A DNA stretch of 64,000 bases from NCBI GenBank assembly GCA_965153455.1, contig OZ234493.1:13072213-13136212 (forward strand), read 5' to 3'. Shown here in pieces: positions 22,570 to 35,872 of the stretch (position 1 is the first letter of the stretch; each line of letters starts with the position of its first letter). Position numbers and translations under genes: made by a program. The DNA comes from Sphagnum compactum (Eukaryota). The notes under the pieces were generated by a model. It had not been told where the DNA came from and searched no databases. It worked only from the letters and a program-made list of their open reading frames with translations.

Positions 22570-25320
22570 AGAGAGTTAGTCCCTCTTGTGGTAGGAAGTT
22601 ATTTCACCCACAGCCCCTTTAATGTCACATGCATGCAAATCGTGAAATCTAATAATAATGGGAGGTCTAGAACAAGCATCACTTGTCAACGTAATCTTCC
22701 TCTCTATAGCAAAGGCTTTAGCACACTAAACAGCAATATTAACACGTTGCTTGAAAAATTGAATGCAAATAAACAAGGATAAATGACCTCTCGATCTTCT
22801 ATCATGGAAAAAATGAGCACACTCATTGATGAAACAATCCATATCACGCCCAGGTGCGTTATGCACCTCCATGGCCATCGGAATAAACTGGTGCCCTTCA
22901 TGAAGCCTTATATACTTGTGAATCTTAACAATGCCGCTAAGTTTTATAACTACATTTGCTAGTTGACTAATGACAGTCAAAGTCACCATCTCCCACATTG
23001 GGTTTGTAACCACCACATCAACAACAAAGACCTGGTCCTTTTGGGTCATGTAGAGATCAGCTTGTAATGAAACTCCTAATGTAAGGGTGTACCACCGCTC
23101 TCTCCATACAACATGCCCATTTTCTTGGGCAAAAGCATATATGAGGTCTTGGATAACATCATGTGTGGTTATTTGTTGACCTCCAAACGAGCAACAAACT
23201 AAATGCGTGCTAGATGCGTCCATGTTCACATTCACACGTGAAAAATTAGATGCCAAAAATTGAATCAAACTCAGACGAAAACGCAATGTTGAGGTGAAAG
23301 TAGAGTGTGCGATGCAAAATGAACGAATAGATGGCCTAGCAACCAACCATAGCCCTACCCCCTTGCCCAAACAAAAACAAATGCAAGCTCTAGATGCTGA
23401 AGAAATGGAGTCATCCTCCAAGATAGACCTAAAGGATGTGTCATGGTGGACGTCCATCAAAGATGCTTATAGACCTAGGGCATCAATAACTGCCAGATTT
23501 TCAAAGGAAGGGTGCATTTCCTTAACTGTAGGAGGAAAGTCATTTCACACTACACGTAAGCATGATTGAAACAAGTGTGGGCCCCCCTCAACCTAAGAAA
23601 CATATCCTCCAAAATGGGTCTATCGAAAATATGAAACCTAGAGCACAAATACAAAGCCACTAGAACCCAACTCCCTAAAAAAGCAAATGGGGCACAATCC
23701 TCCATAAAAATTAGGCCTATATCACCAAAAGACATTAATAGTTGAGCCTAATGGTTCACTAAAAGGCCCTAAAAAGACTCCCATGACCCTGGACCCATAA
23801 TGTCCCCACATACCTGAATAACTTTCTTGTTGAAACCTACAAAAGAGATAGAAAAGAAGAAGGAAGTATTATCTATGTGAAATAAAAAGGTCGACGAACT
23901 ACACATGAAAACAAAATGCGCAAAGCAACATGGGCATCTCCCAAGAAAGGAAGATCATCAATATGCACCACATCTTGAAATAAAGTTTCATCCAAAAAAT
24001 GCATGACAAAGTCCTAAAAACTATCTTACAAACTCAAAATGCGTAAACCATCTATGACCAAAGTGCAGCCTTGAAGAATCTCTATACTTGGAAAAGAACC
24101 CTGAAAGACTCCAAAGCTTGCACTTTGACACCTTGACCCTAAGCCCCACGAGGGCTAATTGGGTCGAAAGGTGGTCAAAGGTGTGAATAATCTCATAAAT
24201 AAAGGACATCCTAGGGGGGTCACCCTACCTCATGCCTTCAGATGACTCAATAATGTTGACCCCCTCCACATGTTGCTCATGCTGGAAGTAAATAAAAGAA
24301 TGAATAAAACAACCTGGTAAAGGGGGACAATGCTCGCCAAGGGTGCCCCGGCATCACACAACTCTCTAAAAATAGCAATATTTATATCCACAACCGGTCT
24401 TCTAGTATGAAACATCCCAATAATGCTTAAATACCATCCCAAAAAGCCCACCCAAAGACAAATGGGGAGGAATGGCTAAGGCTTGGGCAAACAAAATTTT
24501 ATCTAAAACAAAAGTGTGTTCAAGTTGATAGCCAAAAATAAGTGGAAGGAAAACGTCAAAAGGAAGGGGGTGCACCTAGTGTAAGGCAATGACGATGTCC
24601 TCCGACAAAATAGCCAACGTCATGGGCTGGAGAATTCTAGTAGCATGATTATATTCACTAACTCTCCCTAAAGTTAAACATTGGTGAAGACAAATGGTTG
24701 AAAAATCTTCCCATGAGTGGTGAGAACGGGGTGTAGATGAGGCATGTGAAGACTCTTCCTGAAAAAAAGACCAGTCGCGCACCATAAACTTCCTAAGGTG
24801 AGCAAAAACCTCTCATTGACCTAAATGACCTCCTCGAGTATAACACATACACCAACGGGGAAATAGGAATGAAAGGAACCATGTTAACTTCTGTCGAGTC
24901 TCGAGCAATTTGGTCAAAAGGTAACCGAAAAGCATGTCTGACCTCATATTGGATGGCTCAAGGGATCCTATGAAACAAACAAGGCCACATGAAATGAAAC
25001 TTAAACAGCCCCAAAATGGAACTAAACTAAGCCCGAAACCAACCGCAAGAAGCAAGGGGAATATAACCAAGGAGAATCACATGAGGGGAAGACACCTGTA
25101 GAGATAAAATAACTTGGCTAACCTGGGAAACGAAGCTAATAAGGGGTGAGCACTCTTGACATGCCTTGAGAGGCCGCCTAAAGTATAAATGTCAAAACAA
25201 TGAGGACAAGGGGTATCCCAAACTGATGAGGGAAGCAAAAAGGGAACCAGTCTTAAATATTTAAAAAGAAACCTACACCCAAAACCCCAAGGAAATAAAA
25301 GTCCAAGCAACCCCCGTAAA
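22570..25320 (-). mobile_element. Degenerate RLE-type (CRE-like) non-LTR retrotransposon
   Basis: N-terminal C2H2 finger PCPHCF...HVKSAH (ORF 25077-25310); RT fragments (LGLRV/KCKLW-like, SFGDIGL); HLVCC knuckle remnant; restriction-like endonuclease ADLY..VVDVVVTNP..K..KY..FIPMAMEVH (ORF 22726-23460). Many stops and frameshifts. Confidence 0.78.
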
Positions 25321-26107
25321 AATTTAAATTAAATTTTAAAAAAAAAATTAAAAACCAAACCAAATCAAACCTTTTAAAAATGGCTTAATTTAAAATGACT
25401 TTTCTTTGAAATTATCACAACTACCACCCTAGTTCCAAAAAACCTAGTTAAGGGTAAGTACAAACCTATCATGTATGGTCAAAAACAAATTTGTTCATTA
25501 AACACTTACACATTATATGTCAAGCTAATAGCCTATGGAATCATGTTCAATTTTAATCAATGATTGAAAATTTTGTTTGGAGTTAAAAATTTAGATCAAC
25601 AATGAGAGGGGTTTGTGATGTTTACAATAGTTTAAATTTCAAACAAGAATATATGTCGTCACCAAACATTGATCCCCTTCTTCCCTTGTTGTTGTTATTG
25701 TTGTAATAGTTTTATCATGCTCTTCCTAGAATTAACACTTCATGTTATTGTTGCATTGTTGTTCAAACTATGTATTCTCAATTAAGCTACCTTCAACTAG
25801 GCTACCAAGTATGTTGAACTCATTATCTTGTTGCTATAGCTTGAATTACTAAATGTCCCTTCCAAGCTTCTTAAGAATTCGCTAACATGTAACACCACCC
25901 CCATCCATGGCCTTGGTGATGATCGTCTCCTTCGTTTGATCTACAAGTTGCTACCTTCTTAAGCATTGATGTGTGTGATACATGTGGTGTGGCATGGTAG
26001 GTAATGTTCCATGGTTTAAAGTCTTTTTGCAGTGACATTTGTCTCTTTCTTTCAAATTTTTTACAATGGTGACATTCATCTCCTTTTTTTATTCTATTGT
26101 TCAACTT

Positions 26108-26430
26108 TGGTGATGGTCGTCTCCTTCTAATGTGATGGTCTTGGTGTCGATTATCTTCTTCTTCTCATATGTTATTCTTAGTGGTGGTCGTTTCTTTATT
26201 TTGATGTGTTGGCCCCAATGGTGATGGTAATTTGTTTATTTTGATGTGTTGGCCTTAGTGGCGATGGTCGTATCTTTCTTATGATATGTCATTCCTAGTG
26301 ATGGTCATCTTTTTTTAATGTACTGCCCTTTGTGATGGTTATTTCCTTATTTTAATTAGTTGTGAGCCCTGACAATGGTCATTTCCCTTTAATTTGTTGC
26401 GAGCCCTAGTGATGGTCAACTCTTTCTAAT
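26108..26430. repeat. Degenerate ~38-40-bp tandem array (about 8-9 copies)
   Basis: Recurrent GTGATGGTC(G/A)T..TT..TTT..TGTG core. Confidence 0.7.
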
Positions 26431-27099
26431 TTCACTTTCTCGATGATGTTTGTGTCCTTTTCTTGTGATGACCCCCCCTAATATGCATATCCTTTTGAAG
26501 TAATCGATCACCTTCAAGTTGTGATGTCCATCTCCTTCTGTTTTGATCGACCCCCCCATTTCTATTATTTATTCAATATAAATAGTTTTGTGCCTAGTTG
26601 GAACATGTTTAACAACTTGCATTCTTACCTTTATTCTTGTTTCCTTAGTTTGAGTTTTTGTAATGGCACAAAGGTTAACACCTCTATACCCAAGTGGGGT
26701 AAATTTGGACATAACTTATTATGTCAAACTTGAAGACTTTGTTCTTCTCCTTCTTCTTGAATTGAAGGGGCTTCTAGGTTTACTACCAATGTAGTAATGT
26801 TTGCTAGTCCTTCCATTTGTGTTGTAGCACATGGTTATGTAGCACATCCATGTAATAACAAGGTTCTTTTATATTTTGTTCATTAGTTGTGTTTGTAGTC
26901 TTAACTATAGTTGTTATGTTGAGGAACTCCTTTACCATTGACTCTTCACCCCATTGTTGATTATCCTCTTTTTCAAAATCTAAATTGGAATATTTTATTT
27001 CCTCCCTGCTTATGGGTTGTGTTATATATATTTATGTAAGGTTAATTTTTCCATCCATAGCCATTGGATTCAATGGCCAAATCCATGTAACCTTAAACC

Positions 27100-28190
27100 T
27101 AAACCTATTTTTTTATTATAATGTTTGGTCAAACACCTTGTTTACCCACCTAACCAACGTCACCTTGTTGGGTTCATTATAATTATTTCTTACCATGGCC
27201 CCATCTCTCTTTTTCTTGAATGCAATTTTGAAGCATGAAACATCCAAAGGTTGTAAAACATGTGAAATATGTGATGGTAAAGTAACCATGTTTAAACCAA
27301 ACTAATGAGCCTACTCTATTGCTTATAGAGTAACATTTTATCCATGCCAATCTAGAATTGATAGGTGATAGTTGGTTAAAATGATCCCACCAAGAATTGA
27401 CCTTTTGATCAAACTTAGGAATTTTTTGAACAAAAATGTTATCATCCAATCGTTTTTCTACACCATCATACATGTGTCAAGTTTGTAGTCCTCAATGTGA
27501 TTTTTTCATAATCGTTCACCCCTAAAAATATAAAATGCTAGCAAAAATCCTCCCATAACATTAACTACATAATTCATAATGAACCATCCCTAGAGTTTGG
27601 AATGGTAATGTAAAATTGTTGTGAACATGTTTTGCTAACACTCTTACCCCTACTTCTTTGCATGTTTGAATTTCAATTTCATCATTATCCTATATGTTGT
27701 TTGTTGGGTCGTTGTTTTTATTATATAAATGTTGTAAATTGTTGTTAAATGTTTGGCAAGATTGTTGATTAGTCCTTGTGCTCTACATAATTCCAATCCT
27801 TTTGTTTGACAAATAGACAAATCTTGAGAGTGGCACTTGAACCAATACCACCAACTGTGTTTCGGAACCCAATTATGAAATGCTATTGGTTTAGTTTAAA
27901 TGATTTTTGCTACCTTCAACTTTAGTTGTTCTATGATAATTGATAGACCTACTTCTACATAGCCAAAATCTAAATAACTATTGCAACATCTTTTTATGCT
28001 ACTAATACTTCTTCTACCCCAACTTTCCTCATTTGTGTCTTACCATTTAGATGGTTAAATGAGGAGTTTAATGGTATGTTCCACAACTTACTTACCTTCT
28101 TCAATGTGGTGTTGTCACTTTCTATTGCATCCATTGCTTTTTCAAATGCTTCATTTATCCATTTCGTGTTCTCACTCATTTATGGTATTT
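27100..28190 (-). mobile_element. Degenerate pogo/Tc5-type (DDE-1) DNA transposase
   Basis: psq-type HTH KW..EA..KAMDAIE...WNIP..S..NHLNGK (27994-28179); CENP-B/Tc5 HTH SWWYWFK...GLE.CRAQGL (~27770-27860); DDE-1 segment W..MN..VN..GG..FYIFRGERL (~27510-27600). Disrupted. Confidence 0.75.
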
Positions 28191-31100
28191 TATAAGCCCT
28201 TGGAGGCTTACTTATGGGGTCTAACTTGGGTGGGATGTTTTTTTGGTTGGTGTTTGACTGTTGGTTTAACATCACTCCACTTTTTCTTTTGTGAGGCACA
28301 TGCAACATCATGGATTCCCTTTCCCTCATGGCCTTAACCTGTAGTTGGTGGGTGGAGTGGGCCTTGCCCCTGTAAGAAATATACCTTTATTTATTTTGTA
28401 ATTTGCTCGAGAGAACAATTTTTTTTTTTAGTGTTGGATATGTTTGATTCACATGCCACTCTAGGATGTTAGAGCTAGAATACAATTTGTAGAAATTCAA
28501 AAAATCTTCCCAAACCAAATTGTGATTTATTGTTGTTGCGCAGATTATGGGAATATATATCAATCAACGTGGAATCCAAGCTTGTTAGAACATGCCCCTC
28601 TTTGAATTATTAGGTGGAAAAGATGGGACTATAGACTTCAAAACCCAATGATAGTAGAGGTACTACTTATATTTCTGATTGTAAACCTTGTCCAAAATTC
28701 AATCCTTATGTTTTCTTTTCCTTTCACTTCCAATTTTGCACCCTTTTTTTTCAAATTTTATTACAAACCTTCTATGTTAATTTCTTGCATTTACTACATA
28801 TCAAATCTAATGGTAATTCTTTTAGGGCTATTTTTGGAAAATTTGCAATTTTAATATGATCTAATTGTAATTGCATTATGCCTACTTTTTGCACTTTTGC
28901 ATTTTTAATCAAATTTGATTTCAATTCTTCTATGGCTACTTCCTTTACTTTTACATTTCTAGTCAAATTTGATTGCAATCCTTCTATGGTTATTTCTTGC
29001 AATGGTCTATTGTCATTTATTATATCTATCAAAACATTTGAACTTAACTTTAAACTTTTTAGAAATGTTTTTGACTTGCTTCTTTTTCTAAACTAGATGA
29101 CATGCTAAGAAAAGTGATATGGAATGAAGAAAAATTATGAATTATTTGAAGTCTGCACAAATCCTTGTGTTGGTGCTACAAATTTTTGGAAGGAAAATGT
29201 GCACACAATTAGGGGGGAATTTACAAAGTATGAGCTTTAAATGGTTCATTAATGTTTGAATTTTCAATATATGAAATTAAGGTTCGTTGTTGATGGCAAT
29301 TTATGAACCCACAATTAGGCTTTTGAACACTATTAAAATTTTCTTTAGATTTGTGATCAATTGCCTTTTTTTAATGGGACAACCCATGTGCCCAACACTA
29401 ATCAAAGTTTTTGCTAATGTTCCATACCTTATATAAAATTGCCACAAAACACCCCCAACACCAAACAACAAAAATGCCTACATTCCTACCTTTTTTTATT
29501 TAATGAACACCCAAACCCCCAATATTACGCCATTTTTTTGCAAATGTACAGTGCATTTAAAAAATTAAACCCCAACATCCCCAACACCAAACAATGACAA
29601 ACCCCTCCCCTTCCCATATGTCGATGATTCATAATCATTTTTACTTTTGATTGTGTTCACAAAACCTCCCAAAACTAAACATTACAAGACCATGAGGTGA
29701 GTGAAATTTATCCATGTTCCTTTAGTTTTACACCTATTAATGAACATAACAGGAAATATTTAGGCCGTTTTTTTCAAAAAATTAAACACATCAATTTCAT
29801 ACCAAACATTCGATCATAGCAGTCGAGTATGCAACAAAATAATTAGGGTTGTTTCTTTGAAGGTCCTTTTTTTAATTAATGGGTTGTTCATTCGTAGGCA
29901 TGGTGGTGTTGGGCTTGTCCACCCTATTGTATTTTTTGGAAAAAGATTTGCATAAAAAATTTGTGAAAATGCTTTGGGTGTATAAAAGTGTAATTGTTAA
30001 AGCATTTCCAACAATGTTCAATATATGACCTTACAAAAAACATTTTCACATCCAAGTTGAATTATTTACTTTTTTGCAACTCCACCCATAAAATTGAAAT
30101 TGGGACAACAAATAGGTGGGGGGGTACTAATAACAAGCCATGTAGACCAATTATTACAATGGGCCAATCATATTCATTACATTTTTTTTTGCATGTGCAT
30201 AGTGTTGTTTCACCTTTTATCGAACATCACAAATTGTGCAATTATGTGTAACCAAATCCTTTTTTGTGAGCTAAACCAACAAATTTTGACCTTTTTTTCA
30301 TCCAATTTTATTGTGCAAGATCACATATTGAACATCACTAGAGATGCTCTTATCGTAACCCTCCTAAAGAGCTGATACCAAGGAATAGTTGTTTATCATT
30401 GACCGATTATAATGATTGGCCCAAGTACTGGGGGTTAAATAATCTATCATTTTATATAGTCCATCATTTCATGTTCATGGGTGAGGATGGGGGAAAAACT
30501 AAACAGTACACACTAGATATGTTAAATAGTGATAAGAGGTTACTTTTTTGGACCATATAATTAAAAATTAACCATATCAATATCCGGAAATAAACCTATT
30601 TTATCACATTTTCAACACTATAATATGAATAATAATTGTATTTGTAAAGTGTAAACCCATGTTGTACGTTTTTTTGATTTTGTTCATAACCTTTGGTTCT
30701 ATTTGTTTTATAGTTATAATCAAAAGACCTTAGAATCTTTGTTTATGGGTTTTTAAAAATTATCAAATGATCCAATGGTTTTCATGAAAGAATTGATGTT
30801 TTTTTCATAATAAAAACTAGTGGGTTAAGTTTTTCTATCCAATTTTTTAATTAAAAAAACCCTATTTAAAGGTCAAAACTGATTATTTGAAGAAAATTTT
30901 GGGAAAACCTCTTGTTATAGGTCAAAACTAGTTCTTCGATTTTTGACAACTATTGGTTAAAGTTCCATTGTGACCCCAAAAAAAGTCCAATACAACAAAG
31001 CACGGACAATCTAAAGTTAAAGTTTCCTATCTCTTTCAATTTGCAATGTAACTTATTAGAGCTTTTGGCCTTTTTATGTGATGACCATTGACATAAAAAA

Positions 31101-31994
31101 CCAATGGGTTAGGAGTGGTGTGCATCTACAACTATAAGGTTTTTTTGCTTAACTATTTAGATAATATTTTGCAAATATTTGGTGGTTGGTGACGCTTATT
31201 TGAGATGGTGTTGGGATACACTAAAATGAATGTGAATTTGGGAGGATTTTGTGAATGAGGAAGGAAAACATAAAGAACTAATGGCGTCTATGGAATGTGC
31301 TTCAACAACCATGTTTTCTTTTTGTTGTTGGAATGTGAAGCCTTGTGAATCAAATTACTAGGAGTGTTTTTATGGGTTTATGAAGAAGAGGAAGCAAAAC
31401 GCAAAAATATATACTACACAATGGAGGCATGGGAGGGGGTTGTGATGATTGAACATCTAAATATGTGTGTGTTTTTTTGTTTTACTTTGAGAGTGTGATG
31501 TGTGTAGGTATTATACCAAACAAAGATATATTTTTTCCAATATTCAATGACCAACAATTTAATAAAGTAAAGTGAAGTGGAAATTTCAATGTGTTTTTTT
31601 ATATTAAAAGGAGGATTGGACATGGTGACAAAGTCTAAGTTCCAAGGTCTACCAAGTCTTGCATTGTGTAATTGAAAAATTAAAGAGAATGTTGAATGTT
31701 GAGGTTGAAAAATCATAAGGTGTCACAATAATAATGATTTGAATGTTTTGATATTAGGATCTATTTAGGGCAATTGTGTTTAGATAATTAAATAATTCAT
31801 GAAAGGAAATGAAGTTGGGAATATTTTGGGTGAATGATTTGAATCAAAGAATGTGAAACAATGTTGAATGAACCATAAAAGTCTAGAAAAACAAAAAGGG
31901 GATAAGAAGGTGCATATGCTTTTACGTGAAGGTGTCACGGATGTCAATACATGGAGTTCATTCATTTGAATTTTCATCCATATACCTAACTTTT

Positions 31995-32285
31995 TGTTTA
32001 ATTTTAGTTCATTCTTAATTAACTTTCAGTTAAATTTTAATTCACTTCCATTTAATTCATAGTTCATTTCTAGTTGACTTTTAATTCACTCTAGTTTAGT
32101 CCTAGTTAAGTTAAAGTTAACTCCAAATTAACTTTGAATTAAATCCCAGTTAATTCAAAATTAATTATTAGTTAAATCCTAGTTAAATCATGATTTTTTT
32201 TAATTAAGTCCTAGCTAACTTTAGTTAACTCCAAATCGACTTTTAGTTAAATCCTAATTAAGTTTCAATTAACTCTTAGTTAGGA
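31995..32285. repeat. AT-rich array of TTAACT/AGTTAA motifs
   Basis: Dense interleaved TAGTTAA / TTAACT words. Confidence 0.6.
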
Positions 32286-33485
32286 AAGGCCTCAATAAAC
32301 TTCTTTACTCGATGCACACATAGAAACCTCTTTGGAAGCTTCCTTGTGTTAGGTCCCCAAAATGGTATAAATAGAAGTAAGACCCTTCATTTCTTTCAAT
32401 TTGTTCAACATTAGTTTTAAGCATGATCTTGCAACATAGCCTTGTTATGTTCTTTTCATGTTCATGTTTTGCATACATTAGCTAATAAAGATATGTTTTC
32501 ACATTTGTTTTACACATTTCATGTTTTTGTCCTTAGTTTTTGTGTTTTTGTTTTTGAATCATATAATTTTGTTTTGTTTTTTGTTTGAAAATTAGACTTA
32601 GACCTTTTCTTTAACCTTTGTTTTTGTGCATTTTCGTGTCCTTGCCTAAAGGTTTCCTAAATTGTGTCATCTTTAAAGATAAATTTAAATCCAAAAAAAA
32701 ATAATTCAAAAGTGGGGTTGGTAGTTTTAGAAATGATAGAATCAGGTATTGATGAGCAAGGTGATATCCTAGATGAAAATATCATAAAAACGAACATTAA
32801 ATATTTTATCCAATTTATTTTGTCAAATTTCATTTGTTGTTTTCTATTCCTTTTGTTTTTTATCGTCATCTCTACGCAAAAAAAAAGAGGCAACAAATTG
32901 GTATATCATTTTTGATATTTTGTATTTGTTTAATATAATTACAAATGTCATTTGGTTTAGTTGATAACATATTCACAATAAAAATAAAATTCATGTGATC
33001 CTTTTTCTTTGGTTACACCATATTTCAACCTTTAGCCCTTGGTTTTTTTTTTGAGGATTGGGAGAACCACCCAACATCAATGTAAAACATTTGAAAATTG
33101 CCAATACTTGGTATATTACATAGAAAAACCAAGTGTTGGAATGTTGGAACTTGGAAATTACCCAAATTTTTTTATTAAGGGCCATTACATGATTTGATTT
33201 GTTCATCTTGATAGATGAAAATGGAAATGGAATTTTTACATTTGTTTAATTTGAAAATTCATAATCCTTACATTATTTTCACCCTTTGGATGATTTCTTT
33301 GCAATGTTATTATGTTAAACCTTCACCATTAACAATGTTGAAATCTTGCACTATTTATAATTAAATTTGCATATAAAAATAAACATAAATAAAATCTTGG
33401 ATAAAATTTGATTATAATACATGAATTGATAAGCTTTGAAAAATCGATGTTACTTGAATTGAACATTAAAAATTCGATTCTTACA

Positions 33486-34258
33486 TCCTATATATAAAAG
33501 CTAACATGGTGTCTGTCCATCTGTGTGTCACAAGACGTTCTGCGTTTTAACATTACGCCGGAACCGGCGGTAGTTAGGGCAGTTGGGAAACATCTTTGAA
33601 AAGCAAATCTTATATATAAAAGCAAACGTGGTGTCTGTCTGTGTGGACAAAAATTGGGCAGTGCCTGGAAGATTCTTCCAGTCACTGCCCGTTCCATGTG
33701 GAGCATCTGATGATGATAATAATAATTGGTGGACAGTCCAAGACTGGCTTCAATAAGTGGACAATCTAAGAAGTTGAAGATATCAACTTTTGGATGGGGG
33801 ATGGTAGGGTGTTGGGGGAGGTATTTTTGGGATTTGGAGGGTGGGTGAGGAGATTTGGGTGCGTTTTTTTCTTTCCCAAAGGATGCATGGGCTAAAGGTT
33901 TAGGAGGGTCATGATTTTTATTTTTTTCGTGGAGGGGGGGAGGGGGTGGGGGTGGGGTTCTAGGGGTCTTAATAGGTGGAAGTGAGAAAGAACACATTGT
34001 AATATTATGTTGGGGAACACATTGGGAACCAAAGAAAAATGAAAAGAAACCTTCCCCCCACCCCCCCCCCTGGCCCCTCCTCTCAAAATTTAAAAGGAAT
34101 AAAAGCAAGGCACCTTGAGTGCACCCTTGGGCCTTCCATTGGCTGCATGAAATTTCTATTCCCAAAAGAGTTCGTCACCGTTTAGAACCGGAGTGGGAAA
34201 AGCGAAAGACCGGGTGGGAGGGATCGACGGGGTGCATTATGCACCGGGTTCACACTAG
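33486..34258 (+). mobile_element. Non-autonomous composite Helitron
   Basis: 5' A|TCCTATATATAAAAG; 3' hairpin GGTGCATTATGCACC then GGGTTCACACTAG|T; inserted between A and T; second internal 5' end TCTTATATATAAAAG at ~33608. Confidence 0.85.
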
Positions 34259-35560
34259 TTTGTGAAAATACAAAGACATTTTGGGAAACAAAACATTTTA
34301 TTATCCATGGTTAAAATATTTTTACACAATTGGAATACATCTCAAATCCATTGTCACAAGGTTTGAATATTTTATGATTAATGTATTAATTTGCATTTTC
34401 AGTTCAATTTTCTTATTTGATTTGTTTTCATTTACAAGCACATCCAAAGTCCCATTTCATTTATTGCTACGGTTGTTGATTTTGTTCATCCATTTGTTAC
34501 AATTTACCTATGTTGACCCTTATTAATCTTTTTAAAATTCAAAGAAGGTTGAAAAAAATTAAATTATACATCATGAAATATTTCATATAACAAGTTGTCA
34601 TGTATCTTAAATTATGGTTGATGAATGATGTTCATGAAAAATTATACCCTATTCATAAGCTCGGATACATGTAAAAAATACCCATACTCAAAATTACACA
34701 TGTTTTGGCACCTAGGTAAAAATAATTAAGGTAAATATTATTTTAAATTAATTTTATTTAGTTACATTAATTAAATGGGGTGCCTCCCAAGAAAATTTTA
34801 ATTTTATTTTACAATTATTGTAATATTTTTAATATTTCGGCAACAAATTGTGGAATAATTAATTAAATTTGAAATCTTAACTTTGACACTTGGTTTTTGA
34901 ATGCAAATAGATTTTTGGACAAATAGATTAAAAAATGTTTTTTTTTTCTCCAACAAAATTTTGACCAAAAATTGGAAAAACTCGTGTTCAAATGTGTTTT
35001 TTTGACAAAAAGAAATTCAAAGGTGTTGGAAAAATAAGCCAAATTTTCGACATCAAATTTTTTTTAATAAAATAAATAATAAATAATTTAAAAATTAGAA
35101 AAAAAACCGCTCTGCTCATGAATCATGATCCTTCACAAAAATCACAAGAACAGGATGGTACTTTTGAGGATGGATGCTTTGCCATAAAAGCATCCATCCT
35201 ATCGACGAAACTTCGTTAGGGTTTGAAGCTCGTCGTTGCCGCCACGATTAGGGTTACGGTTTTCTTCTCTATAAGAATCCCATCCCACTTCCCGAAAGAG
35301 TTCAGAGTTCGCGCAGGCGTCTTTAGATTGCGGCGATGTAGTGGATTCTTTGGTCTCCACCTTTTGTAGCATCGGCAGGGGTTGTTGTCTTAGTGAGTGT
35401 GTTACTTGTAGTTGTTTGGACTGCTGTGTATTATTGATCTGTTTTTTTGAGTGTGTGATGTTCTTTGATGTGTTGCTTTGCTCCCTAGAGTGTCTGCCAA
35501 GAGCTTTTTGAAAGTCGGGAGGGAGTGAAGTAAGGTTGGATGGGCAGCAACAATGTTGCG

Positions 35561-35639
35561 TTTCAGATGATGAAGACAATACTGCAACAAAATGAGGTCT
35601 TACGGCCGCTGATTACCAATATTTAAGTCTCTGATGAAA
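35561..35639 (+). ncRNA. snoR13: Box C/D snoRNA, snoR13-like (double guide)
   Basis: Terminal stem TTTCA/TGAAA; C box ATGATGA 35567-35573. Guide ACTGCAACAA (complement of 18S UUGUUGCAGU) precedes D' ATGA. Guide TATTTAAGTC (complement of 25S GACUUAAAUA) precedes D box CTGA 35631-35634. The +5 rule selects a U in both targets. Confidence 0.8.
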
Positions 35640-35767
35640 ATCTGCTCCCTGCACGATGAATAATGAACCCTCCACCTTCCTTTCTCTCTCTCCCTCTTTC
35701 TCGTCAACGTGGTTTTTGTTCTTCCTTGTTGGTGATTCATTCAAAGCTTGAGGCTTTTTTTCTCGAC

Positions 35768-35872
35768 GGATGGAAATGATGATCGCAATTTGGTCCGTGT
35801 TTCTGAGTTGCAGCAGCTTGATCTGTTGTCCTGAAGTATTCCAAGCGATATTTTGCCTTTTCTGATCCATCC
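35768..35872 (+). ncRNA. U18: Box C/D snoRNA U18 (snR18 homolog)
   Basis: Terminal stem GGATGGA/TCCATCC; C box ATGATGA 35776-35782. The 13-nt guide TTGGTCCGTGTTT is complementary to LSU AAACACGGACCAA and precedes D' CTGA 35803-35806 (+5 rule gives Am). D box CTGA at 35862-35865. Confidence 0.88.

Noticed and set aside
35849..35861. Second U18 guide (TATTTTGCC) against LSU rRNA
   Set aside because: Only ~9 nt and offset from the D box, so the +5 position falls at the duplex edge.
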